The translations under genes and the position numbers were made by a program. Shown here piece by piece: positions 10,116-19,884 of a DNA stretch of 64,000 nucleotides. Origin of the DNA: a virus. Position 1 is the stretch's first letter. Every line of letters starts with the position of its first letter. The notes under the pieces were generated by a model. That model saw only the letters and a list, made by a program, of their open reading frames with translations, searched no databases and was not told where the DNA came from. The stretch covers positions 7,300-71,299 of the IMG/VR virus record IMGVR_UViG_3300032296_003403; one strand, written 5' to 3'.

Positions 10116-11969
10116 CTAAATATCCTGATTAAGTATGTTATTCTCATCTAAAAGCTTAGATTCTTCTTGTTTTTCTTCAAAAAGTACTATTGGCTTCTTT
10201 CTTTTCGATGCCAGCTTGCCTAAAGAGTTCTCTAACTGAAAGGCACTTATCTTGTCTTTCCTAGTTTTATCGAACGGACTTTCTGGTTTCATATCCTTGC
10301 TTCCTAGAGGATCCCTTCCAAATGCAGATTTATCTGTCTTGAAAATTGATGCCTTTTCTTTAGGCCTTCCTACAGGATTCTTATCCAACTCATCGTACCC
10401 GTCAGGAACATCTGCACCTGGTTTCTCATCATTGCTGGAGTATACGGATGCTAAATCATGCGGGGTACCGTAAGATTCTCCGGAAAGTGCAGGATCATTT
10501 CCTTCATTTTCGATTTGATTGTATCTAAACAACCTCTTAACATCTTCAACTATGAGGTCTCTTTCTTGGTTAAGTTGATCTTCAGACATTTGGAATATCT
10601 TATCTCCTATCCAATCACTAGAGAATATCTTCTTATCCATTATATCCCCTGCAAGAGCTACCTTTTCTTTCAATAAGGCTATTTTCTCTTGTTCGTAAAT
10701 TATAGAAGGATTATTAAGTTCTAAACTAAAATTAAGAAGATCAGCATCTTCAAACCCTTGTACATACAAATGTATTATGGCTATCTTCTCTAATTCACTT
10801 ATTATTATCCTTTGAATTCTTTCTACAGTTCTGCTAAATCTTACGTCTAATGCACTTATAGTAGACTTTCCGTTAAGTTCGTCAGAGTAGTTTAAAAAGG
10901 CTTTAGGAACTTTCAAAGAACCCAACATCAAGTCTCTAAGGAACTCCACGTCTTCTATACCAGCATAATCTAATCCTTTTGTAGTATCTATTTTGGTAGT
11001 GTTATCACCAGGACGTACTGGAATATAAAAATCCTCCAGCATGTTCTGTACGTTAAACTTAAGATTGTAATCCCCTGTCTGCTGATCTAAAAACGGAGTT
11101 TTCTTCATTCCATTAATAGTCTGCTGAACAAAAGCATTTACTTCATTTGGAGGGATATTACCTACGTTTATATAGAAAACACGCTTTTCTGGGGCTCTCA
11201 TTATTCTATGAAGGAGCATAGCATCCATCATTAGAATATACTGTTTGAAATACTTCCTTGCTGGTTCTACATAAGATCTACCAAAAGGTAAGTAGTTGGT
11301 ATCTGTAAGAAGCCTGAAATGGGCTATCTCAAAGTTTTCAAAAGATTCTTTATTTTTAGTTGCAGTAGTTCCACCAGCCACTGCTACCGGATCATATATA
11401 AATTTAATGTAAGATGGGTTGTTTGGGTCTTGTCCTTCTTCTCTAATCATATCATATACGGAAAGAGGTCTTACATTGTATATACCGTACTTTTCTGCTA
11501 TATCCAACTTCAAGAAAAAATCTCCATACTTACACATAGACCTAATCCACATAGGCAGATTAAATTCTATGTTTAATATTTGATAGAAAAGATTGTACAA
11601 AATTTTCTGTATGTTTTCATTGCTACTTCTAATTTTTAAAACTTCATTAGTTTCTCCTTTTAACGTAGCTTCTTCTGACAATATATCCAATACAGAAGAT
11701 ATCAGACCATCGGTATCCATAGCCTCATAATCTGCATACAGCTGTAATCTTAAAGTTTGATAGTTTAAGGTAGGATTAAATTGCATTCTTTGACCTGCCT
11801 TATGGAGACGAGTAAATCTATCCACTAAGCTATTTGTCTGAAGCTGGCCAAAAGACTGTATCCTTTCTACATCGGCTACTTTCAATTGTTTTCCACCTAC
11901 GTTTCTAATTACAACGTCGGTTGAAAATAAGCGTTTTAGCCTGGGAAATAACGAACGATCTACTGGCAT
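10116..11969 (-). CDS. Portal vertex protein, T4 gp20-like
   Basis: MDAMLLHRIMRAPEKRVFYINVGNIP, MLEDFYIPVR, IEDVEFLRD..LGSLKVPK and DVRFSRTVERIQ. Confidence 0.95.
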   Translation of the reverse strand: MPVDRSLFPRLKRLFSTDVVIRNVGGKQLKVADVERIQSFGQLQTNSLVDRFTRLHKAGQRMQFNPTLNYQTLRLQLYADYEAMDTDGLISSVLDILSEEATLKGETNEVLKIRSSNENIQKILYNLFYQILNIEFNLPMWIRSMCKYGDFFLKLDIAEKYGIYNVRPLSVYDMIREEGQDPNNPSYIKFIYDPVAVAGGTTATKNKESFENFEIAHFRLLTDTNYLPFGRSYVEPARKYFKQYILMMDAMLLHRIMRAPEKRVFYINVGNIPPNEVNAFVQQTINGMKKTPFLDQQTGDYNLKFNVQNMLEDFYIPVRPGDNTTKIDTTKGLDYAGIEDVEFLRDLMLGSLKVPKAFLNYSDELNGKSTISALDVRFSRTVERIQRIIISELEKIAIIHLYVQGFEDADLLNFSLELNNPSIIYEQEKIALLKEKVALAGDIMDKKIFSSDWIGDKIFQMSEDQLNQERDLIVEDVKRLFRYNQIENEGNDPALSGESYGTPHDLASVYSSNDEKPGADVPDGYDELDKNPVGRPKEKASIFKTDKSAFGRDPLGSKDMKPESPFDKTRKDKISAFQLENSLGKLASKRKKPIVLFEEKQEESKLLDENNILNQDI

Positions 11970-12010
11970 TTATTTAAATTTACAGTTTTAATATATATAA
12001 ATATTGATTT

Positions 12011-13591
12011 TTACCTTATTAACCAGCTTATATCCTCTTGTTGACCATTGACATTCAACTGATAAGGATTCTGGAAGTTATTAGAGGTTGGGTTTTTAGT
12101 GTTGTTGTAACTAGTACCTCTAGATATATTGTTAATTAAAGCCCTCTGCAAGTCTATTCCTCTAGATCTGTACTCCACAGCACTGTCTCTAAGATATAAT
12201 CCTATAGCGTAGGCCATAACACAATCATCATGATATCCAGTTTGAGCTATTGGTTTTCCATTTTTCCATACAAATGTAGACATTTCTGATGACAATCTCC
12301 TGGAATTCAATGATATACTGTGATCTCTCACGTATTGTTTAAATGATAACAGAACTTCAGGCCTTGTTTTGGTAGAAGTTGTGAATCCAGGAGTCATTTT
12401 ACTAGTATCGTAATCGTAAAATTTATTAATATACTGTGATACATTTGTAGTATCTCCTTTAGGAGAATAGTATATGTTATTGTAATTAAGCTCTAGAACA
12501 TCGGAAACTGTTGCATGTCCTAATCCTGTATTTTCAACTACCAAAAGAGCTGAGTTGTACTCGGTGGCTATAGAAACTCCAAATTTAGATAAGGATTTAG
12601 TGTCCATATCTCCTTTATACTCTGCTACTTGAGACCCTGTAAATACATCTATAACTTGAATTACTGAGGAGTCAGATCCATCCCCTTTAGCGGTATCTAT
12701 AATAACCATGTAAGATCTTTCAAGAATGGGATATTCCCAAATCCAGTAATCTTTTTTAGGACCCCTCATTTCTATAGGATCCTTAGTTCTTTCAGAATAG
12801 TACTCCAAATCTTCAGATTCAAAATAGGTGTCTCCAGAAGATATAAAACTACAGTCACATTCTTGTGCTGCAAATCTTTTTCCTAGTTCTTTATCTTGGT
12901 CTTCTCTCCATTTTTTATCTCTAAGAGGATGGACGTTCCAAGGAAGTCTAACAGGTACAAAATTATTCTCTTCCGTTTCAGCTCCAACCCATTGTTGATG
13001 AAACCATTGTCCAACACCATTAGGAGTTGAAAGTACTATAGCTCTACCACCTGTAGCTAATGTTTGTTGAGCTGATCCCCATAGATCTTCTGCGTTTTCT
13101 ATAAAAGCAGCCTCATCTAATATAAGAACATTGGCTGTATATCCCCTGGCACTCTCAGAAGCTCCAGAAGCGGCTTTTATCTTAGATCCATTTTCCAGTA
13201 TTAGACTTAATTTATTATCTTCAATAGAAGGAACTCTTAACCAGCTGGGCAGTTGGGAATATGCAAACCTGACTTTATCAACAATATTCCTAGCTTTTTC
13301 TTGAGTAGGAGCTAAAGCTAATATTGATTGATCTTTCTTAAAAATCATTAACCACAGAGCATATGCTGCTGTTAAAGTGGTTATACCTAATTGCCTGGAT
13401 TTTAAGATGAGAATCCTATCATGTTTATTTAAAAGAAACAACAGCTTTTCTTGAAAAAGATAAGGGCTAAATAGCATTCTGCCCTCTGAAGTCTGTATAT
13501 AAACAAATTTTTTAAGGAAGTATATAGGATCTCCGGCACACTTCAAATACTCCTCACGAATTATCTCTTTTAATGATTTCTCACTTGACAT
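12011..13591 (-). CDS. Terminase large subunit, T4 gp17-like
   Basis: LKSRQLGITT (Walker A), ILDEAAF (Walker B), LSTPNG, QECDCSF, nuclease DTAKGDGSDSS and HDDCVMAYAI. Confidence 0.97.
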   Translation of the reverse strand: MSSEKSLKEIIREEYLKCAGDPIYFLKKFVYIQTSEGRMLFSPYLFQEKLLFLLNKHDRILILKSRQLGITTLTAAYALWLMIFKKDQSILALAPTQEKARNIVDKVRFAYSQLPSWLRVPSIEDNKLSLILENGSKIKAASGASESARGYTANVLILDEAAFIENAEDLWGSAQQTLATGGRAIVLSTPNGVGQWFHQQWVGAETEENNFVPVRLPWNVHPLRDKKWREDQDKELGKRFAAQECDCSFISSGDTYFESEDLEYYSERTKDPIEMRGPKKDYWIWEYPILERSYMVIIDTAKGDGSDSSVIQVIDVFTGSQVAEYKGDMDTKSLSKFGVSIATEYNSALLVVENTGLGHATVSDVLELNYNNIYYSPKGDTTNVSQYINKFYDYDTSKMTPGFTTSTKTRPEVLLSFKQYVRDHSISLNSRRLSSEMSTFVWKNGKPIAQTGYHDDCVMAYAIGLYLRDSAVEYRSRGIDLQRALINNISRGTSYNNTKNPTSNNFQNPYQLNVNGQQEDISWLIR

Positions 13592-13592
13592 A

Positions 13593-14012
13593 TTACTTCA
13601 TAATCAAAAAGCCTAATGATAACGCCAAAAGTCCTATTAAAGTCTTTTTTTGTAACTTTTGCTTTTTTAATTCTTTGTTTAATGTATTAATTCTTGAGTT
13701 GTAGACATCTTCTTTTTGATTCTGTATTTTAACTATGCCCTGATATGATTCTATTTGTTTATCTTTATAAGAGATTATAGAATCTTTATATATTTTTTGA
13801 CTCTTTAAAGTATCTATATTTTCTAATAAAAGAATTCGCTCTTGTTTAAGAGCGTCAGAATATACTAAATCTTTTACTACTTTTTTAGCTACTTCTTTAT
13901 GGAGCCTCAGAGTATCAGTATTTGGTACTGTCTGATTCTTTATAACGACTTGCGAAAAAGCTTTCAAGTTCATCAATATCGTAGCTATCAATAGAAAGTA
14001 AATGTACTTCAT
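13593..14012 (-). CDS. Secreted coiled-coil protein with C-terminal TM (spanin-like partner)
   Basis: Signal peptide ending AFS|Q, coiled coil, C-terminal hydrophobic helix; overlaps the upstream gene in another frame. Confidence 0.55.
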   Translation of the reverse strand: MKYIYFLLIATILMNLKAFSQVVIKNQTVPNTDTLRLHKEVAKKVVKDLVYSDALKQERILLLENIDTLKSQKIYKDSIISYKDKQIESYQGIVKIQNQKEDVYNSRINTLNKELKKQKLQKKTLIGLLALSLGFLIMK

Positions 14013-14259
14013 ACTCCTTATATAATTTTTTAATTTTATTTTGATTCTCTTCTAGTTTTACTTCTGCTCTATTAACTCTATCCACAAATATATCAACTTT
14101 TTCTTTAAAAGCAATTATTGAGTCTTCTTTAAGTTGTATCTGTGTATTTAAACTATCTATTTTACTTTTATAATCTAATTCACGTTTTTTAATTGATCTG
14201 TCAAGAAATATGATTATTCCAGCAGCTATAAAAACAATAAGAACTAAAAGTTTTTTCAT
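13915..14259 (-). CDS. Putative inner-membrane spanin (N-terminal TM plus coiled coil)
   Basis: MKKLLVLIVFIAAGIIIFL followed by a long coiled coil; ATG at 14259. Confidence 0.55.
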   Translation of the reverse strand: MKKLLVLIVFIAAGIIIFLDRSIKKRELDYKSKIDSLNTQIQLKEDSIIAFKEKVDIFVDRVNRAEVKLEENQNKIKKLYKEYEVHLLSIDSYDIDELESFFASRYKESDSTKY

Positions 14260-14260
14260 A

Positions 14261-14695
14261 TTATTTAATTGAATCTTCCCAAAACCTGAACAAAATATTT
14301 CCTCTAAGATACGCATCTTTTTCCATTTCTAACAAATGTTTATCTTTTTCTGCGTATCTAGGATCGGACAATGACTGTATATGGGATATATCGAATTTAC
14401 CAGATAAATTTTGATTATGGTGTATCAACTCATGTGAAAAACTCCTTAAAACATCTTTTATATGTCTTCCGGCTACAAAAAGAGTTATTGAGCTTTCTTC
14501 TGGATTATAAAAAGCAGTTTTGCCAAAGGGATCAGTTGCATACTCTTGGCTATTAGATATTATAACTCTAGGATATGGCATTATTTGAACTCCTGAATTT
14601 TGTATCCATTCAGCAAGATTAAGCAAATAAGGGACTATATTATGTCCAGAAACTACTGCTTGTTGATTTATATTTTGATATTTAGTTAAATCCAT
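14261..14695 (-). CDS. Putative zinc metallopeptidase (HExxH)
   Basis: RHIKDVLRSFSHELIHHNQ with a downstream E (MEKDAY). Confidence 0.7.
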   Translation of the reverse strand: MDLTKYQNINQQAVVSGHNIVPYLLNLAEWIQNSGVQIMPYPRVIISNSQEYATDPFGKTAFYNPEESSITLFVAGRHIKDVLRSFSHELIHHNQNLSGKFDISHIQSLSDPRYAEKDKHLLEMEKDAYLRGNILFRFWEDSIK

Positions 14696-15231
14696 TAGGC
14701 TTCTGGTTCTGGGGTTTCTTCTTCTGGAGGAGCTTCTCCTTCTGGCGGGGTTTCCCCTCCTTCTGCTGGTACTGGTTCTTCTTCAGGGGATGGTTCTTTA
14801 GTTATAGCATTATTTTTCAATAGTATATTTATCTGATCTAAAGCTTGTTCAAATTCAGATTTATTTACTATATCGTATTTTTTACCATTTGCTATTACTT
14901 GAAATAAATCAGAATCTTGAAAATCCTCCTTATATCTTAATTCTAGAGGGCTTGGATTATATTTTAAATCAAAAAAATTACCATTAGGAATTATAACTCT
15001 AAAAGTAGTAGGTTTATAAGCTATACATCTTATGTCTGATACGATTTCTCTAAGTTGTTCTACAGCCTTGTCATTCTTTTTATTTTGAGTTGTCAAAAGT
15101 TTTATTAAAGTATTAGTCACTTTTGGAGATTTTTTTATTATTTTCTCCAAATTTGACTCATTCTCTATCTGAGTTATTTCGACTTCGTATAGAACTTTGT
15201 TTCTAAATATTTCGTAAAATCTAGGCTTCAT
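14695..15231 (-). CDS. Hypothetical protein with acidic Pro/Glu tail
   Basis: 178-aa ORF in operon; AYKPTTFRV motif. Confidence 0.6.
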   Translation of the reverse strand: MKPRFYEIFRNKVLYEVEITQIENESNLEKIIKKSPKVTNTLIKLLTTQNKKNDKAVEQLREIVSDIRCIAYKPTTFRVIIPNGNFFDLKYNPSPLELRYKEDFQDSDLFQVIANGKKYDIVNKSEFEQALDQINILLKNNAITKEPSPEEEPVPAEGGETPPEGEAPPEEETPEPEA

Positions 15232-15244
15232 TATTTATAAATAT

Positions 15245-15529
15245 CTAATTATCTTTAGATTGCTTCTTTTTAGGTTCAGATCCTTTCTTAGGCTCCCACC
15301 AATTGGTACAATATTCATTTGGATCGTATGGTATAGAGTCAGTTCCAGCCCATTTTTGATAATACTCATTTATACAATGATACTCTTCACTATTATCTTT
15401 ATGAACCCACCATTTGCAATTTGCACAACAAGATCCTCCATATGGAACTTTTAAACCAGCCTTATGGTTTTCCGGTACTTCGTATGGCCCTCCGCCATAT
15501 TCTTCCATTAATTTTAAAAAACTTATCAT
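15245..15529 (-). CDS. Small Cys-rich protein with HiPIP-like Cys spacing
   Basis: CANC-x13-C-x21-CTNWW. Confidence 0.5.
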   Translation of the reverse strand: MISFLKLMEEYGGGPYEVPENHKAGLKVPYGGSCCANCKWWVHKDNSEEYHCINEYYQKWAGTDSIPYDPNEYCTNWWEPKKGSEPKKKQSKDN

Positions 15530-16140
15530 ATTTTTAAATAGTTGTTTAGTACTCCTCCTATTGCAGATAACTCTAATTCTAAATCAATTACTTGTTTGTC
15601 ATCCAGCTCTTTTTTCTTAGTACAGTAGTCTATACCAACAATTCCCACAAATTCATCTTTTATAGTATATAAAGGAAAAAGATACGTACTTTTTACATTA
15701 GCCCCAGGAATTACAGAAGTAAAGCCTTCAAATTGCCTGTTTTCTAATGATGTATCAGGTATTGATAGTACCTTTCCCTTATACAAAGTATTAATAGCAG
15801 AACTAAATAAGCTTACAGGTATATTTTGAAATTGATTCTGGCAAGGTACTATCCCGGTAGAAGTTATTTCATATACAATACTAAATTTTTGTATAGACTT
15901 TCCAGTAGGGTAAAAAGTTCCTCCATTATGAAACTGTGCAAGCCAAACTCTATCCGCAGAAGAACAATTTTTTATGTTTTCTAGTTTAGAATTTACTGTT
16001 TCGTTAACTTCTATAGACTCTGATAATGGGTCTTTTTTCTTAGGAGAAGTCCATAAATTAACATAATGAACTGCTATTGGACCTATTATAGAAGTTGTTA
16101 CAGCAGTTATTAAAGCTATCACAATTTCAGCATTCATCAT
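15526..16140 (-). CDS. Putative holin, T4 gpT-like (single N-terminal TM plus GAF-like domain)
   Basis: N-terminal TM; ADRVWLAQFHNGG, KFSIVYE and VGIVGIDY GAF-like core. Confidence 0.6.
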   Translation of the reverse strand: MMNAEIVIALITAVTTSIIGPIAVHYVNLWTSPKKKDPLSESIEVNETVNSKLENIKNCSSADRVWLAQFHNGGTFYPTGKSIQKFSIVYEITSTGIVPCQNQFQNIPVSLFSSAINTLYKGKVLSIPDTSLENRQFEGFTSVIPGANVKSTYLFPLYTIKDEFVGIVGIDYCTKKKELDDKQVIDLELELSAIGGVLNNYLKI

Positions 16141-16421
16141 TTCTTTTTCTTTCCTTTTTTAGCCCTAGCCCATAATTTAGCGTCAGCCTTTCTAGCACCG
16201 CCTTTACCTGTAGCAAAACTATTAACTCTGCCCATAGCCCACTGATGTTGGGGCACTCCCGGTCTATGACCTCCTTTCCAAGCAGCTAAACCTTTACGAT
16301 ACACTGCTTTTAATATTGATTTAGATATTCCAGTAGATTTAGCTTTTTTTTCTAATGCTTTTTCTACGTTTGCACTCATAGCCTCTTGTAAAGCTTCTAT
16401 TAAAATATCTTTAAGTTTCAT
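16137..16421 (-). CDS. DUF5824-like basic protein
   Basis: ILKAVYRKGLAAWKGGHRPG..QHQWAMGRVNSF. Confidence 0.65.
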   Translation of the reverse strand: MKLKDILIEALQEAMSANVEKALEKKAKSTGISKSILKAVYRKGLAAWKGGHRPGVPQHQWAMGRVNSFATGKGGARKADAKLWARAKKGKKKK

Positions 16422-16690
16422 TTTCCAAATTTTTTATGAAATGCTTTTGTTGCTGCTGAAACTTTTGTTTTATACTTTTTTTTCTTGCCTTTATCTGCAT
16501 AATCAGCTTTCCATTTACCATATGCTGATGGATCGTCTGATTTTAACTTGCTTACTCTTTCTATCTCATCTTTCATATCAGCCTTATCCTTTGTGAGATA
16601 CTTTCCAGGTACTTTTTTACCTGACTTAGTTCTCTCAGCTTTAGGTTTAGCCTCTAATAAAATATGTTTTAAAGCATCTATGAGTTTCAC
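16418..16690 (-). CDS. Small basic hypothetical protein
   Basis: Coupled ORF; VPGKYL and WKADY. Confidence 0.6.
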   Translation of the reverse strand: MKLIDALKHILLEAKPKAERTKSGKKVPGKYLTKDKADMKDEIERVSKLKSDDPSAYGKWKADYADKGKKKKYKTKVSAATKAFHKKFGK

Positions 16691-17592
16691 TATTCAGCAG
16701 ATTTTATAGCTTGTGCAGTTGCTATGGCATATTGTTTTGGTCCCATTTTAGCTTTACCCCCACCTTTCATAGCCATTGCTTTTATTATATCTTCTTTCTT
16801 AGACTTTTCAGCTTTTGTGAGTTTTTTTTCATCTACAGGATTAATCATGGCTTCCTCTTCATCATCTTCTTCCTCTTCCTCGTGTCCTCCTAATTCATGG
16901 AATCCTTGAGCTGCTTGATCTATAAAGTTTTCTGCATTAGTTATGTGATCTTGTATCCATCCTGGGATATCTCTCTCATCATCTCCTAATTTATTCATTA
17001 AATCTGCGCAAGACTGCATTATGGACTTCAAGCTATTTTGGGCCATGGATACTTCGTGGTCTTCCCCTTCGGTAACTGCCCCACTGTTTTTACCCTCAAT
17101 GAAATCCTCTAGCTTATCAATAGGATATTGTTTAGGGCTTACAGTATGCTTAAGGTAGTATTGTACAATTCTTTTTTTCTGATCAGTATTGGGGTATTTT
17201 TTAAAGGCTTCATAAAAAGCAGGGATATTTCCAAAAAGACTTTTAGTTAATAGATATCCTGTTGCTGTTTTTGCTGACAAAACTATAAATTCATATAAGG
17301 CTTCCCAATTCTTTGGATCAGTAAGAATAGACTGTAAATCCTCATTTACATTTTCTTTCTTGATATTCTTCCACATGGCTGCAGCGGCTACTTTCTCACC
17401 TTTTTCTTTTGATCCGTATTCCTTAGCGGCTTTTGAAGCAATTTTTTCAAATCCCTTGCCTTTTTTACCTATATCTTTACCTGCTTTAGCTTTTTTTGCT
17501 ACATCAGATTTTTGTTTTTTAGTTAAACCAGCAGATGGTTTTTTCTTTTTTGCCTCAAGAAGAGACTCTTTAAACATTTCAAACAGGTTCAT
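16690..17592 (-). CDS. Multi-segment hypothetical head protein
   Basis: Basic KVAAAAMWK segment, EDHEVSMAQ..IPGWIQDHIT segment, and a basic C-terminal YAIATAQA segment. Confidence 0.6.
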   Translation of the reverse strand: MNLFEMFKESLLEAKKKKPSAGLTKKQKSDVAKKAKAGKDIGKKGKGFEKIASKAAKEYGSKEKGEKVAAAAMWKNIKKENVNEDLQSILTDPKNWEALYEFIVLSAKTATGYLLTKSLFGNIPAFYEAFKKYPNTDQKKRIVQYYLKHTVSPKQYPIDKLEDFIEGKNSGAVTEGEDHEVSMAQNSLKSIMQSCADLMNKLGDDERDIPGWIQDHITNAENFIDQAAQGFHELGGHEEEEEDDEEEAMINPVDEKKLTKAEKSKKEDIIKAMAMKGGGKAKMGPKQYAIATAQAIKSAE

Positions 17593-17618
17593 TTTAATTC
17601 GTTTATAGATATAAATAG

Positions 17619-18197
17619 TTAATTTTCTAACCTTTCTTTCATTTCTTTAAGCTCCTCTTTCCATTTTTCGACCATTTTATCCTTATCTATACCACCTTCC
17701 CACTCTTCCACATCTCCTTGTTCAGTTACATAGGTTTCTTTTACATTAGACCTTACAAATTCTTCTATAAACTGTTCCGCTTCCTCTATATGGGTTATTA
17801 TGTTTTTAGTAATCATATTTTTCTTATACTCCTCATATTTTCCTTCCATTTTAAGCCTGCTTTCCATTACAACTACGCAATTAAAACACATACCGTGTAA
17901 AGGGTACATTTTTTTATCTAAAGCGTTTTTTGTCGGTTGTGAACATTTGGGACAGAGTAAAGGAATTCTAGTTAGCTTTTTAATCCTATCTAGTTTAGTT
18001 ACGGTTTGTTTTATACCGTCTTTTATAGTCCAGGTTTTATCCCCCTCTTCCCAAACATCACCTTCTACGTGATCTTCTGTTTGTTTTTCATACCCTACTT
18101 GTACGCCTGTAGAATCTCCGTATTTCTTAGTAATAATGTTCCTGAGGCGTTGTACGTCCCTTTCCCTAAACTCTTTCTTTAATTTTGTTTCTGACAT
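17619..18197 (-). CDS. Hypothetical protein with zinc ribbon
   Basis: EGDVWEE..KTWTIKDGIKQ; CPKC...CFNC. Confidence 0.65.
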   Translation of the reverse strand: MSETKLKKEFRERDVQRLRNIITKKYGDSTGVQVGYEKQTEDHVEGDVWEEGDKTWTIKDGIKQTVTKLDRIKKLTRIPLLCPKCSQPTKNALDKKMYPLHGMCFNCVVVMESRLKMEGKYEEYKKNMITKNIITHIEEAEQFIEEFVRSNVKETYVTEQGDVEEWEGGIDKDKMVEKWKEELKEMKERLEN

Positions 18198-18212
18198 AAC
18201 TATAGTTTTATT

Positions 18213-18647
18213 TTATAATTCTTTAAATTTTTCCGGTTCAAATAGAATGACTTCTATTCCTCTTTTTATTCCATCGTATCCTTTAGATTTTAGATATTCT
18301 ACATCTCCGTAACCGGATCCTTGGGTTACTGGAAATGAATATCCTGATTCTTTTGATGCTTTTTCCGCCTTATCTTTTAGTTCTTTGGATTTTTCTGGAG
18401 AATCTAGTTTATACAGGTTAGCTCCAGTTATATCTATCTTATAAACATTTTTACCTCTGAATTTATTGTCTCTTAGATTATCCTCAGCTCCTTTTCCAGT
18501 ATAAAAATAAACTCCTGGATAATACCCTGAAGGGGTTGAATTAGATTTTCTATCTTTCCAATGGTAGTCACTGACTCTTATTGCTATGTTGTCATCGACT
18601 ATTTCACTCAATACAGAGTTTTTTAATATATCGATAAACTTTATCAT
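18213..18647 (-). CDS. ADP-ribosyltransferase-fold (ART-PolyVal-like) protein
   Basis: GVYFYT, VYKIDI, LKSKGYDGI and EVILFEP pattern. Confidence 0.45.
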   Translation of the reverse strand: MIKFIDILKNSVLSEIVDDNIAIRVSDYHWKDRKSNSTPSGYYPGVYFYTGKGAEDNLRDNKFRGKNVYKIDITGANLYKLDSPEKSKELKDKAEKASKESGYSFPVTQGSGYGDVEYLKSKGYDGIKRGIEVILFEPEKFKEL

Positions 18648-18907
18648 AGTTTTTTTATTCTTATTTTTAAATCACCTGTTCCTTTTATAGCCCTATGCCA
18701 CTCTCCCATTGGTATATAAATCTGCCCTTCTATTTTAATAGGAAGTTCCCCGTCTTTCTGAAAAAACCAATCGGTAGGTTCTATGGGCTCAATTATTCTG
18801 TCCTCCCTGTCTCTATGCCACCTTAATTCCCCAGAGTCTACGTCTGCTTTAAACACCCTTTCGTACCAACCTTCATTATATAACTCAGTATAGGGTCTGT
18901 TTTCCAT
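18644..18907 (-). CDS. Small cupin-fold protein
   Basis: ELRWHRDREDR and IPMGEWHRAIKGTGDL. Confidence 0.7.
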   Translation of the reverse strand: MENRPYTELYNEGWYERVFKADVDSGELRWHRDREDRIIEPIEPTDWFFQKDGELPIKIEGQIYIPMGEWHRAIKGTGDLKIRIKKL

Positions 18908-18913
18908 TTTACT

Positions 18914-19291
18914 TTATTCTATGCTATATTTAGATTTTATGTACTTTTCTACTTCTTCTGGATCATAAGAAAGCAGTCCTCCTATTTCTCTGGTCTCTTC
19001 TGGTGTGGCTTTGTAGCTAAGGTACCCTCCGTACTTATTTGCTATTTTTTCTAACCTCTCTACTTTTTTTTCACTCCCCGGTCTATAAACTATATAAAGA
19101 CCTTGAGGATTCTTTTCTACTTTCTTTATTAAGAGCCCTTCTTTTTCTATCTTATCTCTTAAAAAAGAATAGTGATTTCCTAGAACTCCTACATCTCTTC
19201 TACGATCTATAACAGTTTGAAGAGAGTCTTCATCATCATAGGCTTCTTCTGGCTTTATGTATTCCAATAATATGTTTACAAGCTTTACCAT
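18914..19291 (-). CDS. Hypothetical protein
   Basis: Coupled ORF; starts MVKLVNILLE. Confidence 0.6.
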   Translation of the reverse strand: MVKLVNILLEYIKPEEAYDDEDSLQTVIDRRRDVGVLGNHYSFLRDKIEKEGLLIKKVEKNPQGLYIVYRPGSEKKVERLEKIANKYGGYLSYKATPEETREIGGLLSYDPEEVEKYIKSKYSIE

Positions 19292-19884
19292 TACCAGTAT
19301 CCTGTAAAACTTGATTTTAATCCTAACATTGAAGCATATCTAGGGAGCCTGCAAGCCCAATATCCTGCACTAGTTCTGTCTTTATTCTGTGCGCACTTAT
19401 GTCTAGCTGCAAAAGATTTACGTGCCTTAGGATCATTTATTTTAGCCTTTAAGCCACTTGTATCTCCAAAAGAAACTTTCTTAATACCTCCACCTGGTTT
19501 ACGTACATATACGTAGAATTTTTTTGATCCTCCACGCTTAGGTTTATTTAATGCAGGTTGTTTTTTCTTTGCCTTTGCTTCTAATATCTGCTCTTCGCTC
19601 ATAGGAAAATCAAGAGGAACTTTAATACCTTCATAATAGCCAAACTCACCAAGATCTGTATTTTTCATTAGCTTTTCTTCCTCTTCGCTTAATATGATCT
19701 CTCCTTTTCTATAAAGCTCTCTAGCTTCTCTAAACAGCTCAAAGTACTTACTTGAAAATGGACGATATATATTTTCAGTAAGAGGCCTTTCATTTTTTAT
19801 ATGGTATGACAGACCTTCAGAAATAGTAGATTGTCCACAATTACAATCTTCAGTAATTTCTTTTAAAAAACTAGTCAACTTCAT
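19291..19884 (-). CDS. Two-domain hypothetical protein with a basic RKSFAARHKC..AGYWAC domain
   Basis: KKFYVYV, KKVSFGD and RKSFAARHKC motifs are common in large phage head regions. Confidence 0.6.
   Translation of the reverse strand: MKLTSFLKEITEDCNCGQSTISEGLSYHIKNERPLTENIYRPFSSKYFELFREARELYRKGEIILSEEEEKLMKNTDLGEFGYYEGIKVPLDFPMSEEQILEAKAKKKQPALNKPKRGGSKKFYVYVRKPGGGIKKVSFGDTSGLKAKINDPKARKSFAARHKCAQNKDRTSAGYWACRLPRYASMLGLKSSFTGYW

Noticed and set aside
12011-13591. Intron or intein in terminase (also checked portal, capsid, primase)
   Set aside because: Normal lengths with contiguous motifs
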